NCBI RefSeq assembly: GCF_035084215.1
Contig: NC_090362.1
Location: 16,554,001 to 16,618,000 of the forward strand
DNA: 64,000 nucleotides
Origin: Heptranchias perlo
Taxonomy: Eukaryota
Reading direction: 5' to 3'
A model generated the notes under the pieces. The model was not told the DNA's origin. It made no database searches and was given only the letters and a program-made list of their open reading frames with translations. The position numbers and the translations under genes were made by a program. Positions 1 to 13,413 of the stretch are shown piece by piece; position 1 is the first letter of the stretch; every line of letters starts with the position of its first letter.

Positions 1-55
1 GACCACTTTGTAGAAACAGACCGCTTACGTCCCTTAATAAAATAACACAGAATAC

Positions 56-158
56 CTCTCAGATCTTCCACAATGATGTTGTCTTCTTTCTCAGCGATTT
101 GAGATGCCATCCCAAAAATAAGCTCGTCAACATCAGCTGAGGTCTGAAGGTTCGGCTT
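56..158 (-). CDS. DUOX: DUOX coding exon 10 (103 nt)
   Basis: [34 protein letters not shown]; ttcag acceptor, GT donor. Confidence 0.95.
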
Positions 159-1649
159 CTGAAAAATCAATTATCTCTGCTGATAAACAACTGTCTGCTT
201 GATTTACAACATAACAAAAAACAACTTCTGAAAATGTTCATGTCGTAAAGCAATACAGAATTAAAATTAGTATTATTTCATTCTTTTTAACAAACTGTTT
301 CGCATTGGACTAGTTCATCGATGAATTATCCTGTTTAAACAAGTTGTCTCAAATTGTGCTAAACGGTTGGAGACAGTGTTTCTTAAATATTTAGGAGAGT
401 GAGGACACTCTTCCATCTCTGAGTTTTGGCCTTGGCTCCAACTCAGAAGAACAAGTCACAGTTCACAGGTCTTTAGTCTTACATATTTATTGGGTTTCAA
501 TTTGAAGACATTGCACCAGAAAAGACCAAAGAATTCCCACCAATCCAAAAGCAGGGCAGCAAAAGACCATCAGGCCCATCAAGGCCACCCCAATGCGGAT
601 ACGGTTCAACCACCTGCAGCACTGATCTACTTGCTAGCCACGCAATCTCATGGTGAAGTGGGAACTACAGCGATCAGCCGGGAGGGCGCTGAAATAATGG
701 TTCATCGCTAGCTAAATTGGGAATCTCACATCAACAAAGAGAAATGGAATGGACAGAGAATCGCAACCTCCCTGCCCACCGCAGGAAATAATTTTAGGAC
801 AGCGGCCGCTTGAATTCTTTACCCGTCTGCTCCAGAAGTTGTTGCACATCCGAATCGCTGGAGACTCCGTGTGGTAAACGTTGGTGACATTTCGGAACGC
901 GCAAGTCCTGTTTCTGGTTTGAGCCAAAAGAAAAAGAAAATTTAACTTCAGACGTCAGCAAAAACACCGACGTGTTCCATGCTGAAACCATGGGGCAATT
1001 TTAACCTAACCTGACCGGTGGTCAGATCAACCGCCCGTTTCACACCCAGACCAATTTTACATTCCATTGAACAGATAGATCTGTTGTTTTCTTGTGCTTC
1101 TTTTAACGTGTGTAAACTCTGCTTTGAAGAAGGACTTAATGACGATGGAACATATAAATTATTCGATCCCATTTGACTGCTTATGATAAATATAAAGCAT
1201 AGCATCCTCCACAGATATTAAATAAGAGTGTAAGCATTTCTAAAGAAAGAAAGAACTTGCATTTATATATCGCCTTTCATGACCTCAGGACATCCCAAAG
1301 CGCTTTACAGCCAATGAAGTGTAGTCACTGTTGTAATGTAGGAAACACGGCAGCCAATTTGCACACAGCAAGCTCCCACAAACAGCAACGTAATAATGAC
1401 CAGATAATTTGTTTTAGTGATGTTGGTTGAGGGATAAATATTGGCCAGGAAGAACTCCCTGAAATTCTTTGGATAATGCCATGAAATCTTTTACATCCAT
1501 CTGAACAGATAGGTAGGCCCTCAGTTTAACACCTCATCCATAAGACAGGACCAGTCTAATGGTGTAGCACTCCCAAAGAACTGTACTGTCAGCCTAGATT
1601 ACATGCTCACAGCTCTGAGAGAGGGACTTGAACCAACAACCTTCTAAGG

Positions 1650-1680
<31 letters not shown>

Positions 1681-4600
1681 GGTTGATATCTATCGGGAAA
1701 GGCAAAAGAACATTGTGCCAAATAAGTACATTGCATGTTGATAAATTTTCAGCTAACTTGGGCGTTTAAGAAACCGGAACTGATCAATACCTCATCAGAA
1801 GATAAAGAAAACAAATAATAGTTAACCAATAACATATAGATTCCTTGTTACCTCATGTAAACTCCTGGTGGTACCATGGTAGCACCAAATCTCATGGCAG
1901 CAGCCTGAAACTCAGGTGAGATTCCAGGATCAACAAACTTCTTGTACCCTGTAAAACCCAGGAGATAATTTACAGATCTGGTAAGAAAAACTAAAATAGC
2001 ATGCAAGGTTTTCTTTTTTTTTAAAATTGCAATTGAGATGTTTTCTCTCTCTCTGTATCTTACCAGTATAGTTAGATAAGTTTCTTCCCAGGTATTTAGG
2101 TAACCACTCGTAAAGCACAATGTTCTGCAGAGACGAAGGTAATGATTAGTGGAGAGGTGAAGGCATGATTGATGCTGCGGAGGGAAGTGATTTAACACCA
2201 GCTATGAACAACAACAACAATGCTTTCAACATAGTAAAACGTCCCAAGGCGCTTCACAGGAGCGATTATCAAACAAAATTTGACACTGAGACACATAAGG
2301 AGATATTAGGACAGGTGACCAATAGCTTGGTCAAAGAGGTAGGTTTTAAGGAGCGTCTTCAAAGGATGAGAAGGGAGGTAGAGAGGAGGAGAGGTTTAGG
2401 GAGGGAATTCCAGAGCTTAGGGTCTGGGCAGCTGAAGGCATGGCCGCCAATGGTGGAGCGATTAAAATAGGGGTGTGCAAGAGGCAAGAACGAGAGGAGC
2501 CCAGAGATCTGGGAGGGTTGTAGGGCGGGAGGAGGTTTCAAAGGTATGGTGGGGAGGGGCCAAGGAGGGATTTGAAAACAAGGAGCAGGACAGGGAGCCA
2601 ATGTAGGTAAGTGAGCACATAGGTGATGGGAAAATGGGAACATGTCATCTTTGATCCCTTAATAGATCAGTAGGTGAAGTGGTGCTGTGTCATACAGATG
2701 AGATCCGAGTTTTGATCCTTGGCCTGTGGTAAATTAGCTAGCGTGTCAGTGGAGTGTTATAGTTAGCCTCAGCACCCTGGGCTAGGGAGAGAGGAATAAA
2801 TAATGGGGGATAGGGCACTGAGATTAAAGAGAGACAGTGCTGTCAGAGTGGTGGATGATTTTCACAGTCATCTATAAAATGATGCTACTCTGTTAGGTCA
2901 ACATCAGAACAGCTCAGGCCTGTGTCAGATACACATTTGAAATACAGAGTAGAATCCCAATTGCATGTAATTGAGTTGTGTAGAACAGGGATAGCTAAAC
3001 ACTAAAGGAACAGAAACATTGGCAAGTCATCCCTACCACAAGGACTTGATATATTAGCTTTCCCCATCGGTGGGCTTTGGTATAATTAAATAAAATGGAG
3101 GCGTTGATGCAAAGACTGCTGGCTAGAGTAGATTTTGCCATAAAACCCATCCCAGAAGCCATCAGGGTGGTGTTTGAGGCACAGGCTATTCCAGGAACCC
3201 AACTTGTCAGCGAAACACCCCAACATTTCAACACTGCCCTTCTAATGCATGTGTCTACAGGCAATGGCTTCAATTATTTTGAGGTCTCCTGTTCTACAAG
3301 AGAATCCCCATTTTTCAAACCCAGAAGCAGAAAGTTGAACAAAGACCGCTTTTAAAATTGAAGCAATATTTGAGTGAGAAGCTTCAATACAGATTAATGA
3401 GTGCTTCGCAGCCATTCAGGTTACATCATCTGATCTAGCCGTTAGTTGTTATTAATGCAACTGCTTCCTTTAACCCTCACACCAGCTATATCACCAAAAT
3501 TACTGACAGAGGAATTTGATCCTTACTGCAATACTGCGGGGCAAATCCAACACGCTGTAGAGTATATCAGTGTAAAGTTAATTCTTTTACTAAAGTGGGT
3601 TTATAATGACGGTTTAGTAACAGATTTTCCTTCTATGCACAAAGAGCAAAATATACCTCCACATCATTTAAGGTTATTTGTGCAAACAGACATGTGCTAT
3701 AAAATTGCAATTACCTCTGTGTCGCACTGAGTACAGACTGGCAAATTACCTGGAATGCAGCAATCACCCACTTTCTGGCATGTTGGAATATGTCTTCATC
3801 TGACCATGAGGAGTTCTGAGCTGCACATTGAGAAGCCAAGTAATTGTGATAACGGAACCAGATGATGCTCTCTGCCATGATAAATGGGTTTTCATTGGCT
3901 GCTGTATTTCCAAAATCTGTAACAGAATTTTATCTTTGGTAAACAGCTGCTCCTTGCCGGAGGCTAATAGGAATGTGCTGCCTTGCAGAGAACGTGTACC
4001 AGAATGCAATCTTACCGCATCAATCACTCTCTGTAATACATTTGGTCAAATAAAGCCAACCAATTCCTTGTCCTCCCTCTCTTCCTCCCCGAAATACAAA
4101 ATCTGTACATGTTTATTGAGCAGTTATGAGTCCAATTAGAGCATTGTGGGGCTGACTAACTTAGAGGTGCTACAGAAAATACAAAACAATTGATTATATT
4201 CCTAGGTTTTACAACCATAACCTGAATCTTAACTAAAGACTATGGATTTTGCTAAACTCAAAACTAGATAAAGATTGTTGACTATTTTTGGTCTTCATAT
4301 ATATCTAAGCTACTAAATGGCTATTAGCATTGCCCAAGGGACTCACAAGGGCTGTGGGCTCCATTGGGACAGGTATCTAACTAGATCTGTGGGTGCAGAA
4401 AATTGTACCTATTCTCCTCCTGCTCGTGATCTTCTAAGGCCATTAAACAACTGTGGGTAAGATGGCAAGTGAGTAAGCTGTTCCTGAGCCTCCACCAATG
4501 CTGCTATTAAGTTATATCTAGGGGATGGGCGTGACTGGAATGGGAACAACTCTCCTGCCAATTTTACCTATGGATTAAAGTACTTGGCCTCCAAGTTGTG

Positions 4601-7600
4601 CCATCCAACAATGGTGGGCTGAAGTCAAGAGCTCAGTGGAAAGCGAAATTGGACCCATGTCCTACTCCAAAATAATGTCGACTGATGCCTCAACTTGCTG
4701 TACCATTGAACCATCACATTTTCCAGTATTACTTAAGAAGAATTGTTTCTAAATCAAAATCTAATCAGTTTAGTTACATTGTGAAAAGTTACTCATTGTT
4801 AAATTGAAACAAGCTCAAAATGTTACATATTCACCGTAAAATCCTTGGCGCCCAGTCTGACCAGTGGATGGATCAGGATGATTCCACATAGGCAACTTTC
4901 CGGTACTTAGTTTTGGAAGCAGTGGGTCAGAATCAGAAGCAAGTCGGCCACCAGAGAAACTTCTCAACTCATCACACCAAGAATGAGAAGATCCATAAAT
5001 GGAGCTTCCATCAATCCATGCAGTAACGTCATTGACCTGATGAAAATCAATGGAAATAAGTTAAAATGATTCAAAAAGGTCCTCAATAGAAAGAAAATGT
5101 TACAAGGTCCACCTCATCTGGTTCATCTCTTCACTCATCTGTCTTTCCCTGATATATCCTGTTCCCTTCCTTCTTTGTCTTCCTATCATGAACTATGTTT
5201 GCTAGTTCTTTTCTCCCTTTGCCTCTCCATTCTAGCCTCTATAAGTCTATAGTAGTGTTAATGGGCTAAGTGGACACTGATCGAGGTGCCAATGTTCCAC
5301 TGACTTCTGATTAAGGTACTAAACTCTCTGTTCTTCTACCTCCACACAAAAATGAGTGTCACATAAATAAGCCAGGACTTTCATATCTAAAAACTGAAGC
5401 AAGCTTGACGTGTAGCGTGAAACAAAATAAACATTGGAATAATAAAGAATTAATGGAAATAAATAATTTGCAACAAGGCTTATATATCTAACCCTACTTC
5501 AAAAGAATGAAAGAAAGGATAAAAGGGAAAGAGAAGAAAGCCTTGCATTTCCATAGCACCTTTCACAGCTCTCAAAAATATCTCAAAGTGCTTTACATAG
5601 AATTATTTACTTTCGCGTGCAGTGACTGTTATTATGTGGGCAAATGTGCAGCAAGAAAGAAGCAATAATTTAATGCATTAGCACTTAGTGAACATATATT
5701 GTCAATGTCCTTGCTGTATGGAAAGTGTACATTAATATATAATTTGTACAATGTTCTAATTATGTTTCTTCCCCTCCCTCTCCACACATCCCCTATTACC
5801 TGTATCCTTGGGTTGTTAGGGCTCTGCCCTGAGTGACTGTCCCAACCATTTCGTTGATACAGTAGCCTCACATTTCCTGTTTCATTGGGGTCAAATACTG
5901 AGTCACCAGCAGGAATTGGAACATCAAGGAATTCAGGGGGACAAGCAGGGTGCCGTGTATCAAAAATCTCAAACATTACGTGGTATCCTGTAGAAGTTTG
6001 GAACGGGAGAAAGAAATGGTTACTTATCATATAATCTCTCATTTGAAAACAACTGTAAATTGGTAATGTTTGTTTAAGGGACTTATCTCCAAACTGAGTG
6101 CCAAATCTCAAGATTTCTTTATGTGCAATACAGCTTTGAGGAAGCTGAAACATTCACATTGATATTAATCCCCATTATATGGCCTGAATACTTTCACTCA
6201 CTCACTAGCCTGAAACAGGTCATTTTCCAGCTCTATTAAGTTGAAAAACAAACAGCTTGCCAATTTGCAAGTGATATTAGTGTCCTAATAATCCCCCTGC
6301 TCCAATCGTTCCTTTCTTCTGCTTAGTTCCTATATCTGATCATTTGGCGCCTCTCCCTCACTGACTTAGCTCCTTGTCTATATCCAAGGTGCATATCATT
6401 CCATTTTAGGATTAATTTCCTCTGGTTAAAACTCAAGCAGTTTTTTTATGCCACAAAAAAGAGTTAGTTTATGTTAATTCAAGTAAGTTGCAAGTGGTGA
6501 AGAATTTTTAATGAAAACAAAATGCCAGTCCTGTCTAACACCGAGGGTACAGAAAAAAACCCACACTCAGTTAGGTTTATTAATTAATTAATTGTTAATG
6601 TATAAAATTACTGAGCCTACGAATTACCATCCCATATGATATAATGTATGAACACTAATCCTGCACACAGTAATTTCTCCCATTTTAACACAGGTTCTTG
6701 CCCATGTAATTGGTTAGCATCTAGCTAAAATAGAAATAGAATTGACATACAAACCCATTTGGCATTTGTGCGCTAATGTCACACAGCAATTGCTGGGCTC
6801 TGCATCGCTCACACATTGTTCATTAGTAATATTAAAATTTAACACACATTTCCAATAGGATCATTGTATGGAATTGTTACAGGAGTTACACACTCAGGGA
6901 TTTCAACTTTGTACCAAAGCAAACTATGTGGTGTAATTAAGGGCTAAAGTCCATCGCTGTCCATTTATTCAAGTAGGGTTACAGCACATCTACTGCTTGA
7001 GCTTTACTGAGTTACTGCAGTGATGGCTATAGCCCAGTCTGAAGCCAAGCCTATAAGGGACCCGAACTGGAATCTTTTCAAACTTGATTTTTAATAGCTC
7101 TCCCATCCATTTTCTCCTCACGTTGGTGCTGGGGAGTGGAGCCAGGTATTGTCCCTGGTTAGAAGGCCGATATACAACATGTATAATTTAAGCAAACTAT
7201 GAGAGCTAGAAAGGCAGATGAGATAGACAAGCAGATAAACTGAAAATTGACAAACATATTGTGGAAATTGACTAGTGAGATAGAAATGAGAGATAGGTAG
7301 ACTAGACAGTAGGCAGACACATAGATGAACTACAGACATAGTCTAGACAGTCAGAAAATATAAAGAATAGATAGACAGACAGATATAGAGATAGACAGAT
7401 AGTAAAAACAGATATGGAGATAAACTAGACAGATTATTGGTGCTGCTTTCTTAGATAGATAAATTTATCAATGCACTGTGCATAGTAGCATCCTAACTGT
7501 GTTCTTTTTGCTGTATATAGAAACCAGGGCATTCCTTCTCCCATATGCCTCATAAAAGAGCTCCTAAATATCCAAACATATACTTTCAAATCATCCAACA

Positions 7601-10097
7601 ACTACCTTACTTACACTGTACATTTCTTTCATGCCACTACTTAGATAGAAAATGGGACAGACAGACCAGGGAAACAGTTAGAAGGAATGAATTCAGGATA
7701 TAGGGAAAGATTTCCTCTGGTCACCATGTGTAGGAACATCATAAATGCGCTTGTGAAGATTTAGTCTCTTCAGTATTTGTAGCAAAACTGTAAGCACAAA
7801 GACACTTATGATGTTGACACATAACCAGGGAAATTCTCCTTCCTTTGTTCCTGAAATGATGGAGTTGTGTGTATTCTCACTGCCCAGAGCCCTTACCGAA
7901 GAATACACTCAGCACAGTGTTATTCTTGACAGACCGCAGTCCTGATGATCCATTTGATATTATATCACTGATGATTCGTGCGTTTGGTACGTCTGGCTCC
8001 TTCAAAGCCTGATAAACTCCATCAGCATATCTAGCAGGCAACAAACGCATAAAAGGAGCACCTGCAAATAAAACACATATCACAGAAAAGGCAATATATT
8101 ATTTTGATTGACTAGTCTTGCACTGCATTAGGGTTAGGATTAGGGTTATAATAATTACAACTGTGCACAACCTGTTTCCCTACAATTAGTCAGATACATG
8201 TTTAAGTGAATATACCATTTGCAAACAAATTTATTCAGTTATCCAGGCTATTCAGTTAAATGGGGTCCACTGTATTATACAGAAGTGTGGAAATGTAGGA
8301 ATTATTGAAATAATGTAAGTAATTCTGTTTTAAGATAAAGCCAATAGATGAGTTGGACTCTCAAGATTAAATTGCAGCCGTTTACCTCAGTGCTACTGGT
8401 CAGCACAGAGAAATCCCATCACAATTGGGACTTGTGAGCTACAGGGAGTGGGAGTTGAAAACACCACAGTGATTCAATCTCAGAAATGCAGCAGATTAGC
8501 AGTGTGGGGCCCAGAGGATGTGTTGGGCTGGAGTGAAACAGGTGCCAGTGAGAGGCACGACCATCATTTGATCTCAGTGTTACCATTTTCCCTTTATTTG
8601 CTGTTCATCTTCCTTCTCCACTCTGTCTCACTCCATCCTGAAATGCAATAGTTGGACTTCTCTTGTTTCTGTAAACGTGTTTACATTTGCCACTTGCTTA
8701 GTTTGCACTGCGAGTGAATGAGAACAGTTCCAACTTTACGTTGCTAAAACCAGCTCCCTTATTCCAATAGCAGATTCACTGATGATCAAAGGGAGCCAGT
8801 TTTATCAATGTGAACTAGTTTGAATTTGTGCTCCTTTGTCCTACTGTAACAATTTAATTTGAAGTAGTGTCCTGAGTTTTATCTTTCCTGCTCTGTGAAC
8901 TATCTTATATATATCACTAAGGTTCCCTGTCAGTTACTTCTCCTCAAGGCACTTAATAACTAATGTAAGTCTCTAATTTTTAAGGGGTAATTTTAACCTA
9001 ACTTGCCGGGCGGGACACCCATGGGATTGGGTGAAATACTGGTTTTACACCCCGCCCAATTTCCGTCAATTGAAGTCATTGGAGAGTAATATCAGACTAG
9101 AGCAATCCAGAGCAACATCTGGAGCCCAGTGCCCCGTTAAAACCAACCTCTGGAAACACACAGGCTGGATCTCAGGCTGGGCTCACCTCACCCACCTTCA
9201 ATTTTAGTCATTGGAGAGTAATATTGGGCGGGTATAAAACCAGCGTTGCACCCGTCAGTTTCCCGACGGGCGGATTAGGATAAAATTGCCCCCATAGTCT
9301 CTATTCAAAATAACAGTAAATGGAATGGGAAAGAGGTTCTCAAATAATTGATGGAACTTCATGAAGCGAGCTTTTAGAATGCAACTTTTAATAAGACAAT
9401 GTACATCGGGGGCATTTTATGGGAAGTCACTCCCACTCAGTAATGAGAGATGCAAACATATCCAGTTCAAGATCAAGTTCGACCTCTGCAGATTCCATAA
9501 TGATTATCTCTGATATTAATGTCTAACCTAAATGTTAAGAAGTACCTTAAGCTGAAAACATGTAGCGCAATCGTTTATTTATTTTTTGCTGGTGAATTTA
9601 AAATAGGAAAATATTAAAGAGATCATTTCTTACCGGCTGACCCTCGGTTATGATATGCGAGGTTGTTGTACCAGCCATCGTATCTCTGCACCTCCCAGTT
9701 GATATTATTTTGAGCAGCTTGGGGAGAAAATGGGTATTCAATTAATCGAGGGAAAAGTTTTTAAATCAATAATTTGAATCAAGTACATGGCACATGAAAA
9801 GATTAAATGTTGACAAATAAAATGTACTCATGAGGCAAGAACTGGTTGATAAGGAAATCAACATTATCAAGAGAATAAAAAACATATTTCCCTTTCCCAT
9901 CTGTTTTATAATTTATTAAAGAGTAACTGCCAATTGGATGACTTTACACTTTTTGAAAAAGTTGAATATATTTGCAATCGAATTAAGTCTAAGATCCCCG
10001 CCTTCGAAAATGGGAAGTGTTACTTACAGGTGAATGTTAGTTGGGAGAGGTGAACGCAGCCTGTGATCAGCAGTTTCCAGAGGTTGGTTTGTGCCAT
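56..10097 (-). CDS. DUOX: Dual oxidase, 5' part (signal peptide and peroxidase-homology domain); 10 coding exons, gene continues beyond the left edge
   Basis: Exons 10097-10028, 9717-9634, 8061-7897, 5987-5800, 5036-4835, 3916-3750, 2124-2064, 1948-1852, 913-823 and 158-56 join in phase with GT-AG. Motifs [58 protein letters not shown]. Confidence 0.97.
823..913 (-). CDS. DUOX: DUOX coding exon 9 (91 nt)
   Basis: [30 protein letters not shown]; ccag / gtaaag. Confidence 0.93.
1242..1686 (-). mobile_element. tRNA-derived SINE (SacSINE1/DeuSINE-like)
   Basis: Head GTGGCTCAGTGGGTAGCACTCTTGCCTCTGA..GGTTCAAGTCC (Pol III A/B boxes); tail ATATAAATGCAAGTTCTTTCTTT; many copies in window. Confidence 0.8.
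1852..1948 (-). CDS. DUOX: DUOX coding exon 8 (97 nt)
   Basis: [33 protein letters not shown]. Confidence 0.95.
2064..2124 (-). CDS. DUOX: DUOX coding exon 7 (61 nt)
   Basis: [20 protein letters not shown]; ctgcag / gtaag. Confidence 0.95.
2207..2590 (-). mobile_element. L2-clade LINE 3' fragment
   Basis: Minus strand encodes [23 protein letters not shown] (L2 ORF2 C-terminus); (GTT)n tail. Confidence 0.8.
3750..3916 (-). CDS. DUOX: DUOX coding exon 6 (167 nt)
   Basis: [56 protein letters not shown]. Confidence 0.95.
4835..5036 (-). CDS. DUOX: DUOX coding exon 5 (202 nt)
   Basis: [34 protein letters not shown]...[13 protein letters not shown]. Confidence 0.95.
5800..5987 (-). CDS. DUOX: DUOX coding exon 4 (188 nt)
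   Basis: [38 protein letters not shown]...[10 protein letters not shown]. Confidence 0.95.
7290..7460. repeat. Degenerate (GATA/GACA)n simple repeat
   Basis: agatagacagac runs. Confidence 0.6.
7897..8061 (-). CDS. DUOX: DUOX coding exon 3 (165 nt)
   Basis: [33 protein letters not shown]...[10 protein letters not shown]. Confidence 0.95.
8984..9293. mobile_element. Palindromic MITE (probably PIF/Harbinger-derived) with an internal insertion
   Basis: TIR GGGGTAATTTTAACCTAA / TTAGGATAAAATTGCCCCC; central TTGAAGTCATTGG; relatives near 992-1075, 16978-17166, 52426-52605. Confidence 0.65.
9634..9717 (-). CDS. DUOX: DUOX coding exon 2 (84 nt)
   Basis: [27 protein letters not shown]. Confidence 0.95.
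10028..10097 (-). CDS. DUOX: DUOX first coding exon (signal peptide)
   Basis: AAAATGG Kozak context; [23 protein letters not shown]; gtaagt donor in the phase needed by the next exon. Confidence 0.85.
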
Positions 10098-12245
10098 TTT
10101 TTTTTGTAGAAGTCCACTTTTGACGGGGCACTGGGCTCCAGGTGTTGCTCCGGATTGCTCAACTCCGATTCTAAAATCAGTGCAAACACGCTGTGATCCG
10201 AAAGTAACCCGCTGAGGAAACACTTTACAGCCAGTTTAAAAAGGCAACGCCAGAAACCTGGGAATCTCCTTGTCACCACATGGCTATTGATAAAAGTATC
10301 TTTCTACCGAGAACTTGAAACTGAGAATTCTCAATGGGAACTACTTTAAAGTCCGTTTCAAATTGGAAATGGACGAGATTCAGCTCTCGTGAGCTGCAGT
10401 AACATTTTCCTCACGACATCCTAACAAGTATATAAGAAATCATGATCGCAAATAAAAAGACGCCACGGTCCTTGAATGGAAAAAAATTGGAAGCAAATTA
10501 ACTGTCGCTACGAAATTAAACTTTGGGTTGAAATTAAGTCAAAGGCATAGTTTCTTAATTTAAAAAAAATCCCACATGGATGAAAACTGGATTTTGAAAG
10601 TTGAAAGTTTAGGAACAACGAAAAAGTTGATTATTTTATTAATTTTTTATGGACAAAGAGGCTAGAAATTACTAATTGTAGGAAGCAACATTGGTGTGAT
10701 TTCCCTATTTTACAAAAGCGCTACTTGGTCGGTGTTACGATGCATTCACACGACAAATGCAGGGTCCCTGCCAAGTGCTGTCCTTTTACAGGGACGCTGC
10801 AAGTGTAAATGCACTGAATCTGGAGTCAGGGAGCCTAACACTGGGACCAGGAGCAGTGAGACACGGTGGAGTCTGAGTCTCACTCCGCTTCCAACGCAAC
10901 CCTTTCGGTCCCACGCTACACTATCATTGTAAATGCACAGTTAGATGTTTTAACACCTCCATTAAACTATCATACCGGTCTCCTATTATCACTAACAGTC
11001 ATTTCTAGGATTACATGCGTGTAAAAACTATAAGTAACAGGATCTTTTAGACATGAGACCCTTCCGGACTTAATTTTAAAGAATTTTGTTTGTGAATGCA
11101 TAATTAGGTTTGATGTGACTGAATAAATTTCATATTTATTACATCGGATCCCGGATTTTAGGGTGTTTTTACGGTCACATTCTCTTATTCTATGAAAACC
11201 AGTGGTCCTGCTTATAAATATTTCCGTTATTAATTCACTCGTTTGTTTAAACAGCTATTAATGGGCTGATTCCATATATTTCATCGGCCGTTGCGGTTTT
11301 TTTACCACAGCAAATCTGGTGAGTTTCTAACATAAATGTTTCTTTTGATCAAATCGTGACTTTTTTTTTTGCATGTTACAATATATGATTCGGCGGGACC
11401 TGCAACAGAATTTAGATTCTAGAAAAATCGAATAATTCACTGAGCGCAAAACATAAAATAAAAACGTACGAATCCACAAAATCGCAGATGGGGAAAAATA
11501 CATTCCAGTGTAGAGAGGGTGGGTGCGGCCTTTTTAAGATGGAACAAGAAACCGGTTGTTAACCTGAGTTAACGCGGACAAGCTACTTGAAGTTTTCTAT
11601 TGAGACTTTGCAAACCGTAGGGGGGAACTCGGCTCAGGGAACGGGCTGATTCTAGACGTATCTTTTAAAAGATTAACAGCCAGTTTAAGAAGTAGGAAAG
11701 GACAGAAAAAGTTCATTTTCTTATTGAAGATGTTTAGCGCAACTGGTTTAAATTCGATGGACTTACAGTAACTTCAATCTGTGGCTCTTGATTTGAACCG
11801 TAATATTAAAACTTCCAATTCTCCAACTTTTCCTTTTTAATCTTTAACACACATTTTCAAAAAGTACAGTTCGCGCCACGTCATTGGAAATTCCACTTTA
11901 TATATATTTTAAATGAAAAATTATGGGCTTTGGCGAATAATCTATTTATTGCCCCAAGCAATATCTACCACCCTGCCCTGGTTTCCAGTTACTTGATGTA
12001 AGGAATCGTGCCCAGGGTCACAGCATATACAATGAACATGCTGTATTGTACTTAACTGGCCCCTAGCCGTTTCAGACACTGCAATCTGGGTGTGAGATCT
12101 AAGCCGGCCCCCTTGCCTTGATCTACGGTTTGGTTAGCTGAGAATGTGATATCTGATTGAGAGCGGGCACTGTGGCTGGTGTGTGTAACCTGCGCCGAGC
12201 GAATTGGCCAGGGTTGCATCCTGAGTTGCATTCGCCCAGCGCTGT

Positions 12246-12358
12246 AGAAAATGCAAATTGTGATGGTGTGCCAGCTTAGCCTGTGTTCGTTGCCAAACCG
12301 ATGCGGTTTGGCAACGAACACAGGCTAAGCTGGCACACCATCACAATTTGCATTTTCT
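12246..12358. repeat. Perfect inverted repeat, 55-bp arms, 3-nt loop
   Basis: 12246-12300 is the exact reverse complement of 12304-12358. Confidence 0.95.
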
Positions 12359-13032
12359 TTAACGTAGGAAAAACGTCCTACGGAGTCGCAATTTGAAAAG
12401 AAAAACACACATGATACGTTTTCTTCACCGAGCGTCAGAGAGGCGCAATTAATACAACGATAAACAGTCTGCAATACAACTGACTCCCGTCACCAGCTGT
12501 AGCAATAGAATTGGATGCAGGGTCCATGCTACCTGGTGGGATCTGACGTTCTCACATTGTAACAGTAAACACACTTTAGCAAATTAGAATATAACTGTAA
12601 AGTCACGTTTGACCCTTTTTTAATTGATGCAACAGTAATATTCCTGCTCCCTACTCTCTGGAAGCCCCACGTTTCCAATGGCTGTCGATGTCGGCAGGAA
12701 TTTGAGTTTGATTGGGACTTTTACGCATGGACCGGATGAATGGGCTACTCATCACACAAGCGGGCCATGAGGGAGAGGAATCTGTTTAAACACAAATGGG
12801 TCCGGCGTGTTCCGAGCTGAGATTTCCCCCCTAGAACTGGTATGTACATCCTATCATTCAGACAATAACTCTCTGTGTTAATCTCATGTATTTTGTGTAC
12901 AAAGAAAGTTTTGGCTGGGATAGGGAACCACTACCTCGCTAATCTCAGCTCACGACTTCCTCACCTAGACCCAGAAAACCTTCCGGCCATTTAAGAAACT
13001 ATCAAAGATTCCTTCACAACTCACGAGCTTAC

Positions 13033-13413
13033 CTGCAAGTGCTGAGTGTCCGCGGCGTGAACGCGTGCACAGAATCTGCTATGTCCAATTAACCGAGATG
13101 GGGAAAGCCTTAATCAAGGTGGGGAGGGTCGGTATTACGTAGGGAGAGGGCGTGGGTGAATTTGCATCGCTACCAGGAAGGTGATGCGGAAGAAAGTCCC
13201 ATCTATTGTTACTTATCATTGACCTGACGCAAACACCTGGACTTGAGCCTAGACGAGATAAAAAGCAAGAGTATAAATAAGATGGGATTGGGGCTAGAGA
13301 CATCAACAACTTGTAATATTCCGTTTGAAGGAGCGGATTGGTTCGAGATTTACCTTCACAACAAGAAAAAAGAACCAAAACCCATAATCTCTCCAAATTA
13401 TATCCGCGATAAG
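13033..13413. promoter_or_regulatory. Bidirectional DUOX/DUOXA promoter with flanking non-coding first exons
   Basis: Outward-facing strong donors: CAG|GTAAGC on minus at 13033 and AAG|GTGAGT on plus at 13413. TATAAATA 13272-13279 (+), GC box 13148-13155, octamer ATTTGCAT 13160-13167, kB-like GGGACTTTCT (-) 13191-13200. Locally CpG-retaining. Head-to-head DUOX/DUOXA pairing is established in vertebrates. Confidence 0.7.

Noticed and set aside
1852-5987. DUOX peroxidase domain lacks the heme histidines (YHVMFE at the distal site, RFGAT at the proximal site) and the distal Arg (GNTAANE)
   Set aside because: Loss of heme ligands is the known state of vertebrate DUOX peroxidase-homology domains, so it is not novel.
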